64,000 nt of DNA, taken from Oscillospiraceae bacterium (lineage in GTDB: Bacteria > Bacillota > Clostridia > Oscillospirales > Ruminococcaceae). The stretch covers positions 8,650-72,649 of the forward strand of contig CAAGBS010000024.1 in the NCBI GenBank assembly GCA_900768125.1, given 5' to 3'. Each line of letters begins with the position of its first letter. Within the stretch, counting starts at the first letter, position 1. Both the position numbers and the translations under genes were made by a program. This document shows positions 1-9,810 of the stretch, in pieces. The notes under the pieces were generated by a model, which saw only the letters and a list, made by a program, of their open reading frames with translations, did no database searches and was not told where the DNA came from.

Positions 1-3
1 CCG

Positions 4-267
4 ATGGGCATTGCAGAAGCCGAACAGCTGCTTGACGCTGACCTGCGGGCAGTGCTGGGATTCAACCCGGTGAACTACTACGCCACCAAGAACAGATACC
101 TGCTGTGTACATTCTGGTACGCCGAGGATCTGTCCGAAATTTACATGAGATTCGAGCTGAGGGTGGACGACCTGCCCCGCGGTCACAGCAGAATGTACCC
201 GGTAGATAAGGTGCTTATGCGCGATATACTGCGAAAATTCGGTCAGAATATAGATATCGGAGAATAA
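4..267 (+). CDS. Hypothetical protein, probably the 3' part of a gene starting before the window
   Basis: Frame is open from the window edge; stop lies 2 nt before the next ATG; GGAG RBS for the next gene at its end. Confidence 0.6.
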   Translation: MGIAEAEQLLDADLRAVLGFNPVNYYATKNRYLLCTFWYAEDLSEIYMRFELRVDDLPRGHSRMYPVDKVLMRDILRKFGQNIDIGE

Positions 268-269
268 AT

Positions 270-977
270 ATGGATAACTTTTCGGTGCTTGAATGCCCGG
301 TTTATTTTGACAAGACCAACATGCTGGACGTCCTCTCGCTTTCGGCTGGGCGCGCTATACTCTGCCAGAACCGACTCGGCGAAAGGATAATTGCTGACAA
401 TCCATGGGGACTCGACCCCATGAAGGGACTTATCCGCTTCGGCGGCAGGGAATACCCCGCCGGGATACTCGGGTCTGAATCCGAGATACAGAACACATGG
501 CTCTGGAGCTGGGCGCATACGGAAAGCGGACTTCCCGAGATGTCAACGGCGATATCCAGGCGAGTGAAGAAGCTGCTCCCCGACCTCGCGGAATTTCAGA
601 CCGGGAAATTCATGCTGGACGAGATGCACAACGGTCACAACCTCGCGATGATATCCTGCGGTATCTCCAAGGAAAACCTCTGCTATTACAGGTGCCCCTA
701 CGACGGCGGCGCTGCGCTGGTGACTGTATACGGGCTTCCTGACGAGATATTCGCGCCCGTGGACAGCACCGCATTCCTGCGGCAGTATATTGAAATAATC
801 AGCGGGTTCTACTGCGACCACCGGCTGCTTGCCGCTGGATTCCTGTATCAGAATGGAACTCCGTTCACGGAGAGCGAGAACGAAGTCACGGCGGACTTCG
901 GCGAGCGCAAGCTGAGATTCTTATACGAACAGACCGAGGACGGAATCAGCAGAGTGCTTGATATTTCCGAGATGTAA
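270..977 (+). CDS. DUF6882-like hypothetical protein
   Basis: LGSESEIQNTWLWSWAH motif resembles DUF6882; RBS GGAGAA upstream. Confidence 0.6.
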   Translation: MDNFSVLECPVYFDKTNMLDVLSLSAGRAILCQNRLGERIIADNPWGLDPMKGLIRFGGREYPAGILGSESEIQNTWLWSWAHTESGLPEMSTAISRRVKKLLPDLAEFQTGKFMLDEMHNGHNLAMISCGISKENLCYYRCPYDGGAALVTVYGLPDEIFAPVDSTAFLRQYIEIISGFYCDHRLLAAGFLYQNGTPFTESENEVTADFGERKLRFLYEQTEDGISRVLDISEM

Positions 978-1009
978 TAAAAGTGGGGATTTTATAACCC
1001 ACTTTATAT

Positions 1010-1260
1010 TGTCGAAACAGAAATAAATTGTAAAAGACAGCGGGGGAAAAACTCTTGTTTTTCCCCCGCACCCCTTTTAGCGCTTTTGAAGCGAAATACC
1101 GCACTGCGTGCGGAGTGGTGGTGGCGCTGGTCTTTCGGTCAACCCCTCCGGCGCTTTGCGCCACCTCCCCCACCGGGGGAGACACCCCACACCCCCGCTT
1201 CCTTTTGTGACAAAAGGAAGCGAAAAACAATATGCTGTATGATATAATTTGTGCTTTTTT
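1010..1260. mobile_element. MITE/REPIN-like palindromic repeat element, copy 1
   Basis: Closely similar reverse complement of 8022-8293; stacked hairpins (1042-1067, 1197-1221); lies between convergent genes. Confidence 0.75.
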
Positions 1261-2173
1261 ATACCGGTATCTGAGTTTTCTGGAGCAGTTCTGCGACTAT
1301 ATCCTGCGGTGCTGCGTACTCAGTCTGACCCGCAGCAAGCGCCACCCTGTGTGCCAGAACCGGAATTGCGGCGGCTTTGACGTCATCGGGCGTAGCGTAA
1401 TCCCTGCCGTTCATCAGCGCCATAGCCTGTGCTGCGCGGAACAGCGCTATAGAGCCGCGCGGGCTTGCTCCCAGCTTCACTTGAGGCATATATCGCGTTG
1501 CAGTAACCAGCGAGAGAATATAAGCCTTTACGCTTTCCGATACGTTCACAGCCGCAGCCTGCCTGCGGAGTTCCATCAGTTCTTCCAGCGTCATGACGGA
1601 CTGCGTTTCCAGCCGCTGGGGCATTACGTCCAGCATTCTCATTTCAGCGGCGCGGTCGGGGTAGCCTACAGATATTCGCATGAGGAAGCGATCAAGCTGC
1701 GCCTCCGGAAGATGATAGGTTCCGAACGTCTCGATAGGATTCTGCGTTGCAAGGGTCATGAATGGCTGCGGCAGCTGGTGAGTTTCTCCATCAACGCTTA
1801 TCTGCTGCTCCTCCATCGCTTCCAGCAGCGAAGACTGCACTTTCGGAGAAGCGCGGTTGATCTCGTCCGCAAGCAGGAAGTTGCACATCGCAGCGCCCGG
1901 CTTGTAGCTTCCATGACCAGTATTGATATCCACCACCGTGTAGCCGATAACGTCCGATGGCATGAGGTCCGGCGTGAACTGAATGCGCCCGAAGCTTCCC
2001 GAAACGCTCTTTGCCAGCGTTTCCGCAAGAAGCGTCTTGCCTACTCCGGGGACGTCCTCGATAAGCACATGACCTCCCGCCAGCATGGCGCAGACTACTT
2101 TCTCGATGACATGGCGCTTTCCGATTATCGCGCGCTCGATGTTGTCTATCAGCTTTTCAATTTTGTCGTTCAT
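1259..2173 (-). CDS. MoxR family AAA+ ATPase
   Basis: Walker A EDVPGVGKT, RIQFTPDLMPSD, Walker B LLADEINRA, ATQNPIE, LPEAQLDRF. Confidence 0.95.
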   Translation of the reverse strand: MNDKIEKLIDNIERAIIGKRHVIEKVVCAMLAGGHVLIEDVPGVGKTLLAETLAKSVSGSFGRIQFTPDLMPSDVIGYTVVDINTGHGSYKPGAAMCNFLLADEINRASPKVQSSLLEAMEEQQISVDGETHQLPQPFMTLATQNPIETFGTYHLPEAQLDRFLMRISVGYPDRAAEMRMLDVMPQRLETQSVMTLEELMELRRQAAAVNVSESVKAYILSLVTATRYMPQVKLGASPRGSIALFRAAQAMALMNGRDYATPDDVKAAAIPVLAHRVALAAGQTEYAAPQDIVAELLQKTQIPV

Positions 2174-2583
2174 GTTGAATGCTCCTTATACACATGGTAC
2201 GCTCCGCTTGCAGTCATAATGACGGCGTTCACCATTATTGCTCCGAAAACCAGGAAAATCACTATGCCCGCGTAGCTTCCCTCTGTGCTGTTTATGCTCG
2301 GCATTATAATTTCAGGCTTATTCATTCCTATGTACAGTCCCGCCGCTCCTGCCAGAAGCGGCAGCGCCAGCGCTGTGATACCGTAAACAACAAGCGGCAT
2401 ATGAAGTTCATCGCGTATCCTTTTAGTATAATACACGTGAATTTTTCCCGACAGTATACAGCATGGTATCGCCGCAGCGGGATACAGCACAAGAAACGCT
2501 AAAAAAGCAGAAAACACTGCGCTCAGCAGATATTCGGTAAAAAAACCTGCGGCGCATATTCCGGCGTATTTCAGAAATCTCAT
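2170..2583 (-). CDS. Small membrane protein, paralog 5 of tandem array
   Basis: About 4 hydrophobic segments; KYAGICAAG N-terminus; ATGA overlaps with neighbours. Confidence 0.8.
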   Translation of the reverse strand: MRFLKYAGICAAGFFTEYLLSAVFSAFLAFLVLYPAAAIPCCILSGKIHVYYTKRIRDELHMPLVVYGITALALPLLAGAAGLYIGMNKPEIIMPSINSTEGSYAGIVIFLVFGAIMVNAVIMTASGAYHVYKEHST

Positions 2584-3002
2584 TGCATTGACCCTTTCAT
2601 TCTTTCCTTATAATGGCGCGCTCCGCTTAGTGAGATTATCAGCGTATTCAATGATATCCCGCCAAAGAACAGTAATGCAGCGAAAGCGTCTGAATACCAT
2701 GCGTTTCCGGGAACGCGCGGAGTTAGCAGTTCAGGAATTGCCACGCTTGTAAACGCGCCCGCCGCTCCAAACAATACCGGAAGTCCAAGCGCTGTAATGC
2801 AGTATGCCGCCAGAAGCGCACGCGGGAAATTTGATATACGTGAAGTATAACAGCAGTGGATTTTTCCCGTCAGTATACAGCACGGCAATACGCCGAAAAC
2901 ATACAGCGGCGGAAATACGAGAAATGCGGCGATGACTGCGCTCAGGAAATATTCAGTAAAAAATCCGGCGGCGCATATTCCGGCGTATTTCAGATATTTC
3001 AT
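2580..3002 (-). CDS. Small membrane protein, paralog 4
   Basis: KYAGICAAGFFTEY identical to paralog 5; hydrophobic. Confidence 0.8.
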   Translation of the reverse strand: MKYLKYAGICAAGFFTEYFLSAVIAAFLVFPPLYVFGVLPCCILTGKIHCCYTSRISNFPRALLAAYCITALGLPVLFGAAGAFTSVAIPELLTPRVPGNAWYSDAFAALLFFGGISLNTLIISLSGARHYKERMKGSMQ

Positions 3003-3469
3003 CGTTTCCCGTCCTCCCGATTTTCGGGTTTTGCGGTGCCGAAATACTGGTCAATACATAAGGCTGCGACCCAGCTGATAGAAGATACCGCTACTATCGG
3101 AATAACTCCGATAAATATCCTGACTGACGGACTGTAGTTGAAAAAACCAGTTCGCCCAGACCATACCGTCAGGTCGAGGACGATACCCACCGCAAATGCC
3201 AGAGCACTCAGCGCCAGCGGAGCAGCGAAAACCGCCAGCAGATACCAGGTCGATTTCATCGCTAGCTTTTGCCTGATGATGTTCATGAATTTGACATGTA
3301 CAAATCCCGAAGCTATGCATAAAACTGCCCCGAAAATGATATACGCTGTTACAGGCAGATACCCGAATGTGCGGTCAACAATTTCATAAATCAGCAGGTC
3401 AAGGGCAAAGCACGCTGACTCGACCGCAAGACCCGCAGCGCATAATCCGGCGTATTTCAGATTTATCAT
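2999..3469 (-). CDS. Small membrane protein, paralog 3
   Basis: KYAGLCAAG; SGFVHV motif. Confidence 0.8.
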   Translation of the reverse strand: MINLKYAGLCAAGLAVESACFALDLLIYEIVDRTFGYLPVTAYIIFGAVLCIASGFVHVKFMNIIRQKLAMKSTWYLLAVFAAPLALSALAFAVGIVLDLTVWSGRTGFFNYSPSVRIFIGVIPIVAVSSISWVAALCIDQYFGTAKPENREDGKR

Positions 3470-3912
3470 TTGCCGTCTCCGTTCTCGTCAGGCTCATGAA
3501 CGCCCAGAAAATGGTTCACTAATACGGCGGATATACTGCTTATCAGCGCCGAAGCCCCGATACCTATTGAGATGAAAAACAGCGTCAGCGCCTTGCCAAG
3601 CCCGTCCCAGCCGGAGAAGACTCCGGAGAACGCCAGTATTACACCCAGACCGCTAAGCACGAGCGGAAAGAAAAACGCCGCAAAATAATACCATTTCGTA
3701 GTTATCATGAGCTTTTTCCTGATAATATTCAGTAAAGCAACATGCGCAAAGCCTGAGCCGATACAAAGAACTATGCCGACAGCGATAAATAAGCCGACCG
3801 AAACGGCGCAAAAAGAATCAAGCAGGTAACAGAACAGCCAGTCGAGCGGCAGGCAGGCGAAATTAACGGCTGACCCCGCAGCGCATAATCCAGCGTATTT
3901 CCAGAACTTCAT
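3466..3912 (-). CDS. Small membrane protein, paralog 2
   Basis: KYAGLCAAG; SGFAHV motif; RBS GGGAGG. Confidence 0.8.
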   Translation of the reverse strand: MKFWKYAGLCAAGSAVNFACLPLDWLFCYLLDSFCAVSVGLFIAVGIVLCIGSGFAHVALLNIIRKKLMITTKWYYFAAFFFPLVLSGLGVILAFSGVFSGWDGLGKALTLFFISIGIGASALISSISAVLVNHFLGVHEPDENGDGK

Positions 3913-3942
3913 TCAGCGGCACCTCCCTTATTGTCAGACCCA

Positions 3943-4410
3943 TCACGTCACATTTCTGTCATTTGCGGGCAAAGGTTTCAGAACGCCGAAAATCGCACCC
4001 AGACACAGCGCTGAGATCCCGCAAAGCATCGAACCCACAACTGTTATCAGATATCCCAGCAATATCAGCACGAATATTCCCAGACCGCCCGAGCCGCCGC
4101 CCACGAGCGGTACAGCTATCGCACCACTGAACAGCCCGAACGGAACGCCAAGCACCATCGGTCCGACAAATGTTATCAGATAGTACCGCAGCGGTTTCAT
4201 CAGCAGTTTGTTCCTGACGATTTTGATAAAAGCCACATGCACGAAGCCCGCGGCAGCAACGATCGCAAGGGTTGAAGCAAAGCCGATAAGTATCCCAAGT
4301 GGAATCAGGCTGCCAAAAAAGTACAGGTAGACCATCAGACAGCATACTATAATCGTGCATGTCAGATCTATGAAGATCCCTGCGATACTCAGTCCGCAAA
4401 GTCTCAACAT
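3943..4410 (-). CDS. Small membrane protein, paralog 1 (most divergent)
   Basis: GFVHVAFIKIVRNKLLM matches the paralogs; RBS AGGAGG. Confidence 0.75.
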   Translation of the reverse strand: MLRLCGLSIAGIFIDLTCTIIVCCLMVYLYFFGSLIPLGILIGFASTLAIVAAAGFVHVAFIKIVRNKLLMKPLRYYLITFVGPMVLGVPFGLFSGAIAVPLVGGGSGGLGIFVLILLGYLITVVGSMLCGISALCLGAIFGVLKPLPANDRNVT

Positions 4411-4446
4411 CTTTATGGTACACCTCCTGCATGTCGAAAATACTGC

Positions 4447-4476
4447 AAAAACGGCGCAGCCCGAAAGCTGCGCCGC
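4447..4476 (-). terminator. Rho-independent terminator after the MsmK-type gene
   Basis: CGGCGCAGC-loop-GCTGCGCCG followed by a T tract on the minus strand. Confidence 0.75.
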
Positions 4477-4502
4477 AGTCAGCGTATGTTGTTGTTCAGC
4501 AA

Positions 4503-5645
4503 TTAGTTGAGCAGGGAGTGCTCGTCAGCAGCGTCGAACAGGTGGATCTTGTTCGGGTCGAGAGCGAGCTTAACAACGTCCTGAGGACGAGCGGTGCATC
4601 TCGGAGATACTCTAGCAGTAAGCGGGATACCCTCGCAGGTCAGATACAGGAATGTCTCAGCGCCGAGCATTTCGGTTACATCAACGGAAGCCTCGATGAT
4701 ACCGGTCTTAGCAGCGGAGAGGAACATTTCCTCATCGTGAATGTTCTCGGGACGAATGCCAAGGATAACTTCCTTGTCAACATAGTACTTCAGACCCTCG
4801 TTGTCAGCCTTAGCGGAGGGCAGCTCAACGTAGAACTTGCGGCCTCTGGAGGTCTTGGTATCCTCAGAACCGAACTCAACGGTGTACTTGCCGTTGACCA
4901 TGAGAAGCTTAGCAGGGATAAAGTTCATCTGCGGAGAGCCGATGAAGCCTGCAACGAACTTGTTAACAGGGTTCTCATAAAGGTTGATAGGAGAATCGAT
5001 CTGCTGAATGTAGCCGTCCTTCATAACAACGATTCTGTCACCCATGGTCATAGCCTCTGTCTGGTCATGAGTTACATAGATGAATGTAGTACCCAGCTTC
5101 TTGTGGAGCTTGGAGAGCTCGGTTCTCATCTGTGCACGCAGCTTAGCGTCCAGGTTGGAGAGCGGCTCGTCAAGCAGGAAGACCTGAGGATCACGAACGA
5201 TAGCACGACCCAGCGCAACACGCTGTCTCTGACCACCGGACAGAGCCTTCGGCTTTCTGTCGAGCAGGTGGGAGATGTCGAGGATCTTAGCAGCCTCTTC
5301 TACCAGCTTCTTGATCTCGTCCTTCGGAACCTTACGAAGCTTCAGACCGAATGCCATGTTGTCGAAAACGGACATGTGGGGGTACAGAGCGTAGTTCTGG
5401 AATACCATCGCGATATCTCTGTCCTTAGGAGCAACATCGTTTACGAGACGGTCGCCGATGAACATTTCGCCCTCGGAGATCTCCTCAAGACCTGCGATCA
5501 TACGAAGGGTTGTGGACTTACCGCAGCCGGAAGGACCTACGAGTACGATGAACTCCTTGTCCTTGATATTCATTGTGAAATCGGAAACAGCTACAACGCC
5601 GCCGGGATAACGCTTGTATATGCCTCTGAGTGATAAGCTTGCCAT
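4503..5645 (-). CDS. msmK: Sugar ABC transporter ATP-binding protein (MsmK/MalK/UgpC family)
   Basis: [39 protein letters not shown]-terminal OB/TOBE region. Confidence 0.9.
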   Translation of the reverse strand: MASLSLRGIYKRYPGGVVAVSDFTMNIKDKEFIVLVGPSGCGKSTTLRMIAGLEEISEGEMFIGDRLVNDVAPKDRDIAMVFQNYALYPHMSVFDNMAFGLKLRKVPKDEIKKLVEEAAKILDISHLLDRKPKALSGGQRQRVALGRAIVRDPQVFLLDEPLSNLDAKLRAQMRTELSKLHKKLGTTFIYVTHDQTEAMTMGDRIVVMKDGYIQQIDSPINLYENPVNKFVAGFIGSPQMNFIPAKLLMVNGKYTVEFGSEDTKTSRGRKFYVELPSAKADNEGLKYYVDKEVILGIRPENIHDEEMFLSAAKTGIIEASVDVTEMLGAETFLYLTCEGIPLTARVSPRCTARPQDVVKLALDPNKIHLFDAADEHSLLN

Positions 5646-6068
5646 TAGAAATGACCTCCTGAATTACTTATTATTTTGAACCCTTTTCAGGGAACTATCA
5701 GCTATTGCCGCTACTAATATAATACCAAAATACGGCGAAAAAATAAAGAGCCTAAGTCAACAAATATTTTTGAATGCGTTTATGAATAATAACCAAGACC
5801 TACAAAACAACCACAAAAAACCGCCGTTCCCGCTAGTGGTATTGCACAAAAAAAGCCTGTTTTTACGCTGTTAAGGAAATTTTCATAAGATTTTTTGGAG
5901 ATAGTGCCAAAAGAGTACGGTTTAATTTGTGCATTACACAACAAAATCTACGGTATTCTTTTCACTTAATGGTCATATATTGTTATCTGAGGACAAACTG
6001 CGGAAACAGACGCTAAAGTTTCGCTTTTGTTTTTGTGCAAATATACAGTTTTGTGAACGGAGGAGAAC

Positions 6069-6512
6069 ATGAGAGATAACACAAAGCGTTCAAAAATACC
6101 GCTTGCCTGCGGCGCTCTGATGCTTGCCGCAGCGGGAATATGGGCTGTCTCGAAGGCGTGCGGAACCGGAAGCGGCGATATACCCGGCGCGACCAACGAG
6201 CAGCGTACGGCTTACATAGAGAGCTTCGGCTGGGACCCGGGGATTACTCACACCGATGTGTCAGAAATACGGATCCCGGTCGAGTTTGACGAGGTTTACG
6301 AGGAATACAACGACCTCCAGAAAAAGCAGGGATTTGACCTGCGGAAATACCGCGCGCACACAGTCAAGCGCTACACCTACGAACTGGCGGGAGATTCCGC
6401 GGTGCCGCTGTGCGCCGAACTGCTGGTGGATAACGGAGTCATCATCGGCGCGGATATCACCACGCCCACCGCCGGAGGATTCATGGGCGCGCTGGCGGTG
6501 GAAGAAGACTGA
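6069..6512 (+). CDS. DUF4830-like exported protein
   Basis: N-terminal hydrophobic anchor; IPVEFDEVYEEYNDLQKKQGFDL and IIGADI patterns. Confidence 0.65.
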   Translation: MRDNTKRSKIPLACGALMLAAAGIWAVSKACGTGSGDIPGATNEQRTAYIESFGWDPGITHTDVSEIRIPVEFDEVYEEYNDLQKKQGFDLRKYRAHTVKRYTYELAGDSAVPLCAELLVDNGVIIGADITTPTAGGFMGALAVEED

Positions 6513-6541
6513 TTGACAAATCTGCCTTTCCGGAGTAAAAT
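6513..6541 (+). promoter_or_regulatory. SigA promoter
   Basis: TTGACA-17-TAAAAT upstream of 6574. Confidence 0.75.
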
Positions 6542-6573
6542 ATACCTATATTAATAAAAATGGAGGGGCAGAG

Positions 6574-7992
6574 TTGAAAAAGAAGACGTTGATGTTCATT
6601 CTCGCGGGATTTTTCGCCTGCATGTTCGCGGCAGGAATGGTCCTTGCTTTTTCTCAGCGGACCGACCGCACAGAAAGCAGCGAAAGCAGTAAAAGCAGTG
6701 AAAGCGTTCCGGAATATGTAATGCCGGACAACGCTTATCCGATTCCGCAGACTGATAATGATTCACATACCATCGCCGGGGATAACGTTTCTTCCGCCGC
6801 GGCTGCATCTGCGGCTGTAACCGAAACTTCCGCGACCCCGTCGGTTACTCGCTCCCCTGCCGAAAGCGAGCCGCTCATTGCTGATGAAAATAATCACGAT
6901 GACGCCAGCCGGCAATCTACCGCCGTGGAAACGCCTGCAGCTAAATCCTCCACAACTGCGTCCACACAGAATACCTCGCAGACTGCAACTGGCGGTACTG
7001 AAAATCATCAGTCTGCGGAAATCGCCGAAGCGACGACTTCCACTGCTTCCGAACCCGCCGAGGTGCTCCCCGATAACCTGCTGATAACCTCCGGCGACCC
7101 GCTGCACCATATCCGGTTCGAATTCGGTAAGGACAGGATAGATTTCACGGGCGTTTACACTTCGGACAGCATTTCAAGTATCTCTATTTTCCGGGGCCGC
7201 ACAGCCAGCGAACTACGCCGCACGGGCAGCAGCTTCTCCGGCAGCGTTGACGTTTCCGGGCTTGCACCGGATCACTATATAATCAGGGCAGAACTTGAAA
7301 GCGGCGCGATAATGGACTATGTATTCGAAATGACCGCAGACGGCGCTTCCCCGCTCCCGCTGGAGGAACTCCCGGCGGAGCACAATCTGACAGCCGCAGC
7401 GCACCCGCTGGAGCTTCCGGAGGACGGCGTGCTGATGAACGTGACCGCTTCCGCAGACCACAGCGAAGCAATCCGGCTGCTTAATGAAGTTAAGGCGCTG
7501 TCGGGCGAAATATGCGCTGGGCTTACCGACGACTACGACAAGGCGCGGGCGCTTGCGATGTGGGTATCACGGAATATGTATTACGACCATGACGCCGCAG
7601 AAAAGGGAGTCACGGACGATGGCGTCACGCTGAAATACGTCCTGGAAAATCACCGGTCGGTGTGCTTCGGCTGGTCTAATCTTTACTCCGCGCTGTGTCA
7701 GGCGCAGGGTATCGAATGCTACAACGCTTCCGGCAGCGTTGTCACGGGCAGCCGCTGCTTCATGCAGACCAAGCAGTCCGACGAGCGCTCGCACTCCTGG
7801 AATATGGTGGTGATAGACGGTCGGCAGATATGGGTGGACACGGTGTGGTGCTCCTCGAACAAGTACTCCAAGCGCAGGTATGTTGAAAGCGTTCAGGATA
7901 TGCAGTACTTTGACATATCAAACGCCGCGCTGGCGCAGGACCACAGGGTCGCAAGATTTGAGCACCGGGACTACTTCGGGATAACTGAATAA
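6574..7992 (+). CDS. Exported transglutaminase-like domain protein with Ser/Thr/Ala-rich linker
   Basis: Signal/anchor, low-complexity linker, triad motifs SVCFGW, HSWN, WVDTVW. Confidence 0.85.
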   Translation: MKKKTLMFILAGFFACMFAAGMVLAFSQRTDRTESSESSKSSESVPEYVMPDNAYPIPQTDNDSHTIAGDNVSSAAAASAAVTETSATPSVTRSPAESEPLIADENNHDDASRQSTAVETPAAKSSTTASTQNTSQTATGGTENHQSAEIAEATTSTASEPAEVLPDNLLITSGDPLHHIRFEFGKDRIDFTGVYTSDSISSISIFRGRTASELRRTGSSFSGSVDVSGLAPDHYIIRAELESGAIMDYVFEMTADGASPLPLEELPAEHNLTAAAHPLELPEDGVLMNVTASADHSEAIRLLNEVKALSGEICAGLTDDYDKARALAMWVSRNMYYDHDAAEKGVTDDGVTLKYVLENHRSVCFGWSNLYSALCQAQGIECYNASGSVVTGSRCFMQTKQSDERSHSWNMVVIDGRQIWVDTVWCSSNKYSKRRYVESVQDMQYFDISNAALAQDHRVARFEHRDYFGITE

Positions 7993-7997
7993 ATTAA

Positions 7998-8017
7998 GGG
8001 AGGGGCTTGCCCCTCCC
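7998..8017. repeat. REP-like palindrome GGGAGGGGCTTGCCCCTCCC
   Basis: Identical copy at 8298-8317; inverted copy at 48691-48710. Confidence 0.8.
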
Positions 8018-8021
8018 GCCA

Positions 8022-8293
8022 GTCTATCAAAAAAAGCACTAAATTATAATTCTAGCATATTGTTTTTCGCTTCCTTTTGTCACAAAAGGAAGTGGGGGTG
8101 TGGGGTGTCTCCCCCGGTGGGGGAGGTGGCGCAAAGCGCCGGAGGGGTTGACCGAAAGACCAAAGCCCCCGCCACTCCGCACGATAGTGCGGCTTTACGC
8201 TTCAAAGGCGCTAAAGGGGGCGTGGGGGAAAAACAAGAGTTTTTCCCCCACAGTCTTTCGCAATTTATTGTTGTTTGGACTTTTTCGACAGAC
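8022..8293. mobile_element. MITE/REPIN-like element, copy 2
   Basis: Inverted copy of 1010-1260; imperfect terminal IRs GTCTATCAAAAAA / TTTTTCGACAGAC; flanked by REP palindromes. Confidence 0.75.
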
Positions 8294-8297
8294 AGAA

Positions 8298-8317
8298 GGG
8301 AGGGGCTTGCCCCTCCC
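8298..8317. repeat. REP-like palindrome
   Basis: Direct copy of 7998-8017, 300 bp downstream. Confidence 0.8.
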
Positions 8318-8346
8318 GCTGTTTTATTCCGTATCGCTTTATAAGT

Positions 8347-8970
8347 TTATCTGATGAAATTAGTGCGTATCACCTTTTCAGGTACGGGACAGGCGATTCC
8401 TGCGTTCTTTCCTGCTTCGATGCACTTCAGAAGCCAGGTCATATTCTTTGCGAGCGTGGAAAGCGTCTGCAATCCCTCTGCGTCCTGCATTACCTGCTCC
8501 GGCAGATTTCCGTGTACCTGGTTCCAGTACTGTGAGCCGACCACCGGCATATTGTTGATGGTGAAGTACTTGTTGAGCTGGTCGAACGCTGCGGAAGCTC
8601 CTCCTCTGCGGCAGCTTACTACGCCTGCCGCGGGCTTGAACGCAAGGTTCTTGCCGCCGGAATAGAACGCTCTGTCCATGAACGAGCACATAGCTCCGCT
8701 CAGCGCCGCATAATGCACCGGAGACCCGAAGATGAATCCGTCAGCCTGCGCCGCCTTTGCGACAAACTCGTTGACTACATCGTCAATCGCGCACTTTCCG
8801 AGACCTTTCTTGCATGCGCCGCAGCCGATACAGCCGGATATGGGCTTATTTCCTACCCAGAATATCTCGGTATGTACTCCAAGCTCCTCGAACACGGACG
8901 CGGCGTGCTTCAGCGCGGCATCGGTGCAGCCGTGCTCGTGGGGACTTCCGTTTACCAGTAATACAGTCAT
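8347..8970 (-). CDS. Flavodoxin-like / iron-sulfur flavoprotein (NADPH-dependent FMN reductase family)
   Basis: NGSP, CIGCGAC...C, GSPVHY. Confidence 0.9.
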   Translation of the reverse strand: MTVLLVNGSPHEHGCTDAALKHAASVFEELGVHTEIFWVGNKPISGCIGCGACKKGLGKCAIDDVVNEFVAKAAQADGFIFGSPVHYAALSGAMCSFMDRAFYSGGKNLAFKPAAGVVSCRRGGASAAFDQLNKYFTINNMPVVGSQYWNQVHGNLPEQVMQDAEGLQTLSTLAKNMTWLLKCIEAGKNAGIACPVPEKVIRTNFIR

Positions 8971-9000
8971 GATGGTACCTCCTGAGAATCAATATACCCT

Positions 9001-9095
9001 ATTATATACCATAGCCCAAAAAATTGCAACCGAAAGTTACATAGCTCAAACTGTTTCGCGGTGATGTTGACATTATAACCTGATAGTATTATAAT
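9001..9095. promoter_or_regulatory. Divergent SigA promoters
   Basis: Minus TTGCAA-17-TATAAT (9029-9001); plus TTGACA-17-TATAAT (9067-9095). Confidence 0.8.
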
Positions 9096-9117
9096 TATAA
9101 TCAAAGAAGGTGAGCGA

Positions 9118-9795
9118 ATGCAGAAACAGCGCGGACGAATCTGCCCGTGGTGCGGCAGAAAGCTGAATATAGTATTCAAAGATACGGAAAAAGCAATTGA
9201 AAGCGTGAAGCCGGGTCAGAAGTACACCACCCGGGGCATAAGAAACGATGTCCTTGAAAAAGACGACATATGGTCATGCGGCGAGCCGATGTACTGCGAA
9301 AAATGCGGAGTGCAGATAGCACTGCAGAGCAATCCGACCATACTGATGAAGACAGCGCTGTTTCTCGCGCTGATAATATTGTTGGTCGGGACGGCTCTGG
9401 TCTTCGCATTCAGGTGGTACGCCTGTATTGTTATTTCTATCGCTGCCGCTATATGCCTGCTGGCTGTATTCGCGGCAGCGCTCTGCAGAATGTCATTCAT
9501 ACGGAAGTGGCGGAGCAACCTCAGATATGTCAGCGAACAGGCGGAGCCGGATTTTAAGGTCAGGCTTTCGCAGCCCGCCGACAACAGCCGCGCATTGTTT
9601 CCGACCAATATATTCATGGCGCCTTTTCAGCAGAAAAACATCTATGTGGAGCTTATGAGCGTTAACGGCGGCGATGCGTATTTCAGAATATGCGCTGCAT
9701 TCGATTCAGCAAAGCAAAGCCTGCAGCACCGGACTATCCATCTGTACTTTGAGGGCAGGTCGGTCTGCAGTGCCGAGATAACCGAGATACTTTAA
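9118..9795 (+). CDS. Hypothetical membrane protein with zinc-ribbon-like CxxC pairs
   Basis: CPWC and CEKC, followed by two TM segments. Confidence 0.65.
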   Translation: MQKQRGRICPWCGRKLNIVFKDTEKAIESVKPGQKYTTRGIRNDVLEKDDIWSCGEPMYCEKCGVQIALQSNPTILMKTALFLALIILLVGTALVFAFRWYACIVISIAAAICLLAVFAAALCRMSFIRKWRSNLRYVSEQAEPDFKVRLSQPADNSRALFPTNIFMAPFQQKNIYVELMSVNGGDAYFRICAAFDSAKQSLQHRTIHLYFEGRSVCSAEITEIL

Positions 9796-9810
9796 ACCGG
9801 AAGTGAAAAA

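Noticed and set aside
946..1230. 94-aa ORFs starting MFFASFCHKRK here and at 8060-8344
   Set aside because: They are translations of the repeated palindromic element, with no RBS or protein-like features.
4431..5633. 400-aa ORF antisense to msmK (similar cases at 1232-2275, 18441-19409, 25899-27452, 46269-47231, 54869-56086, 61030-62637)
   Set aside because: Same antisense-shadow artefact over well-supported genes.
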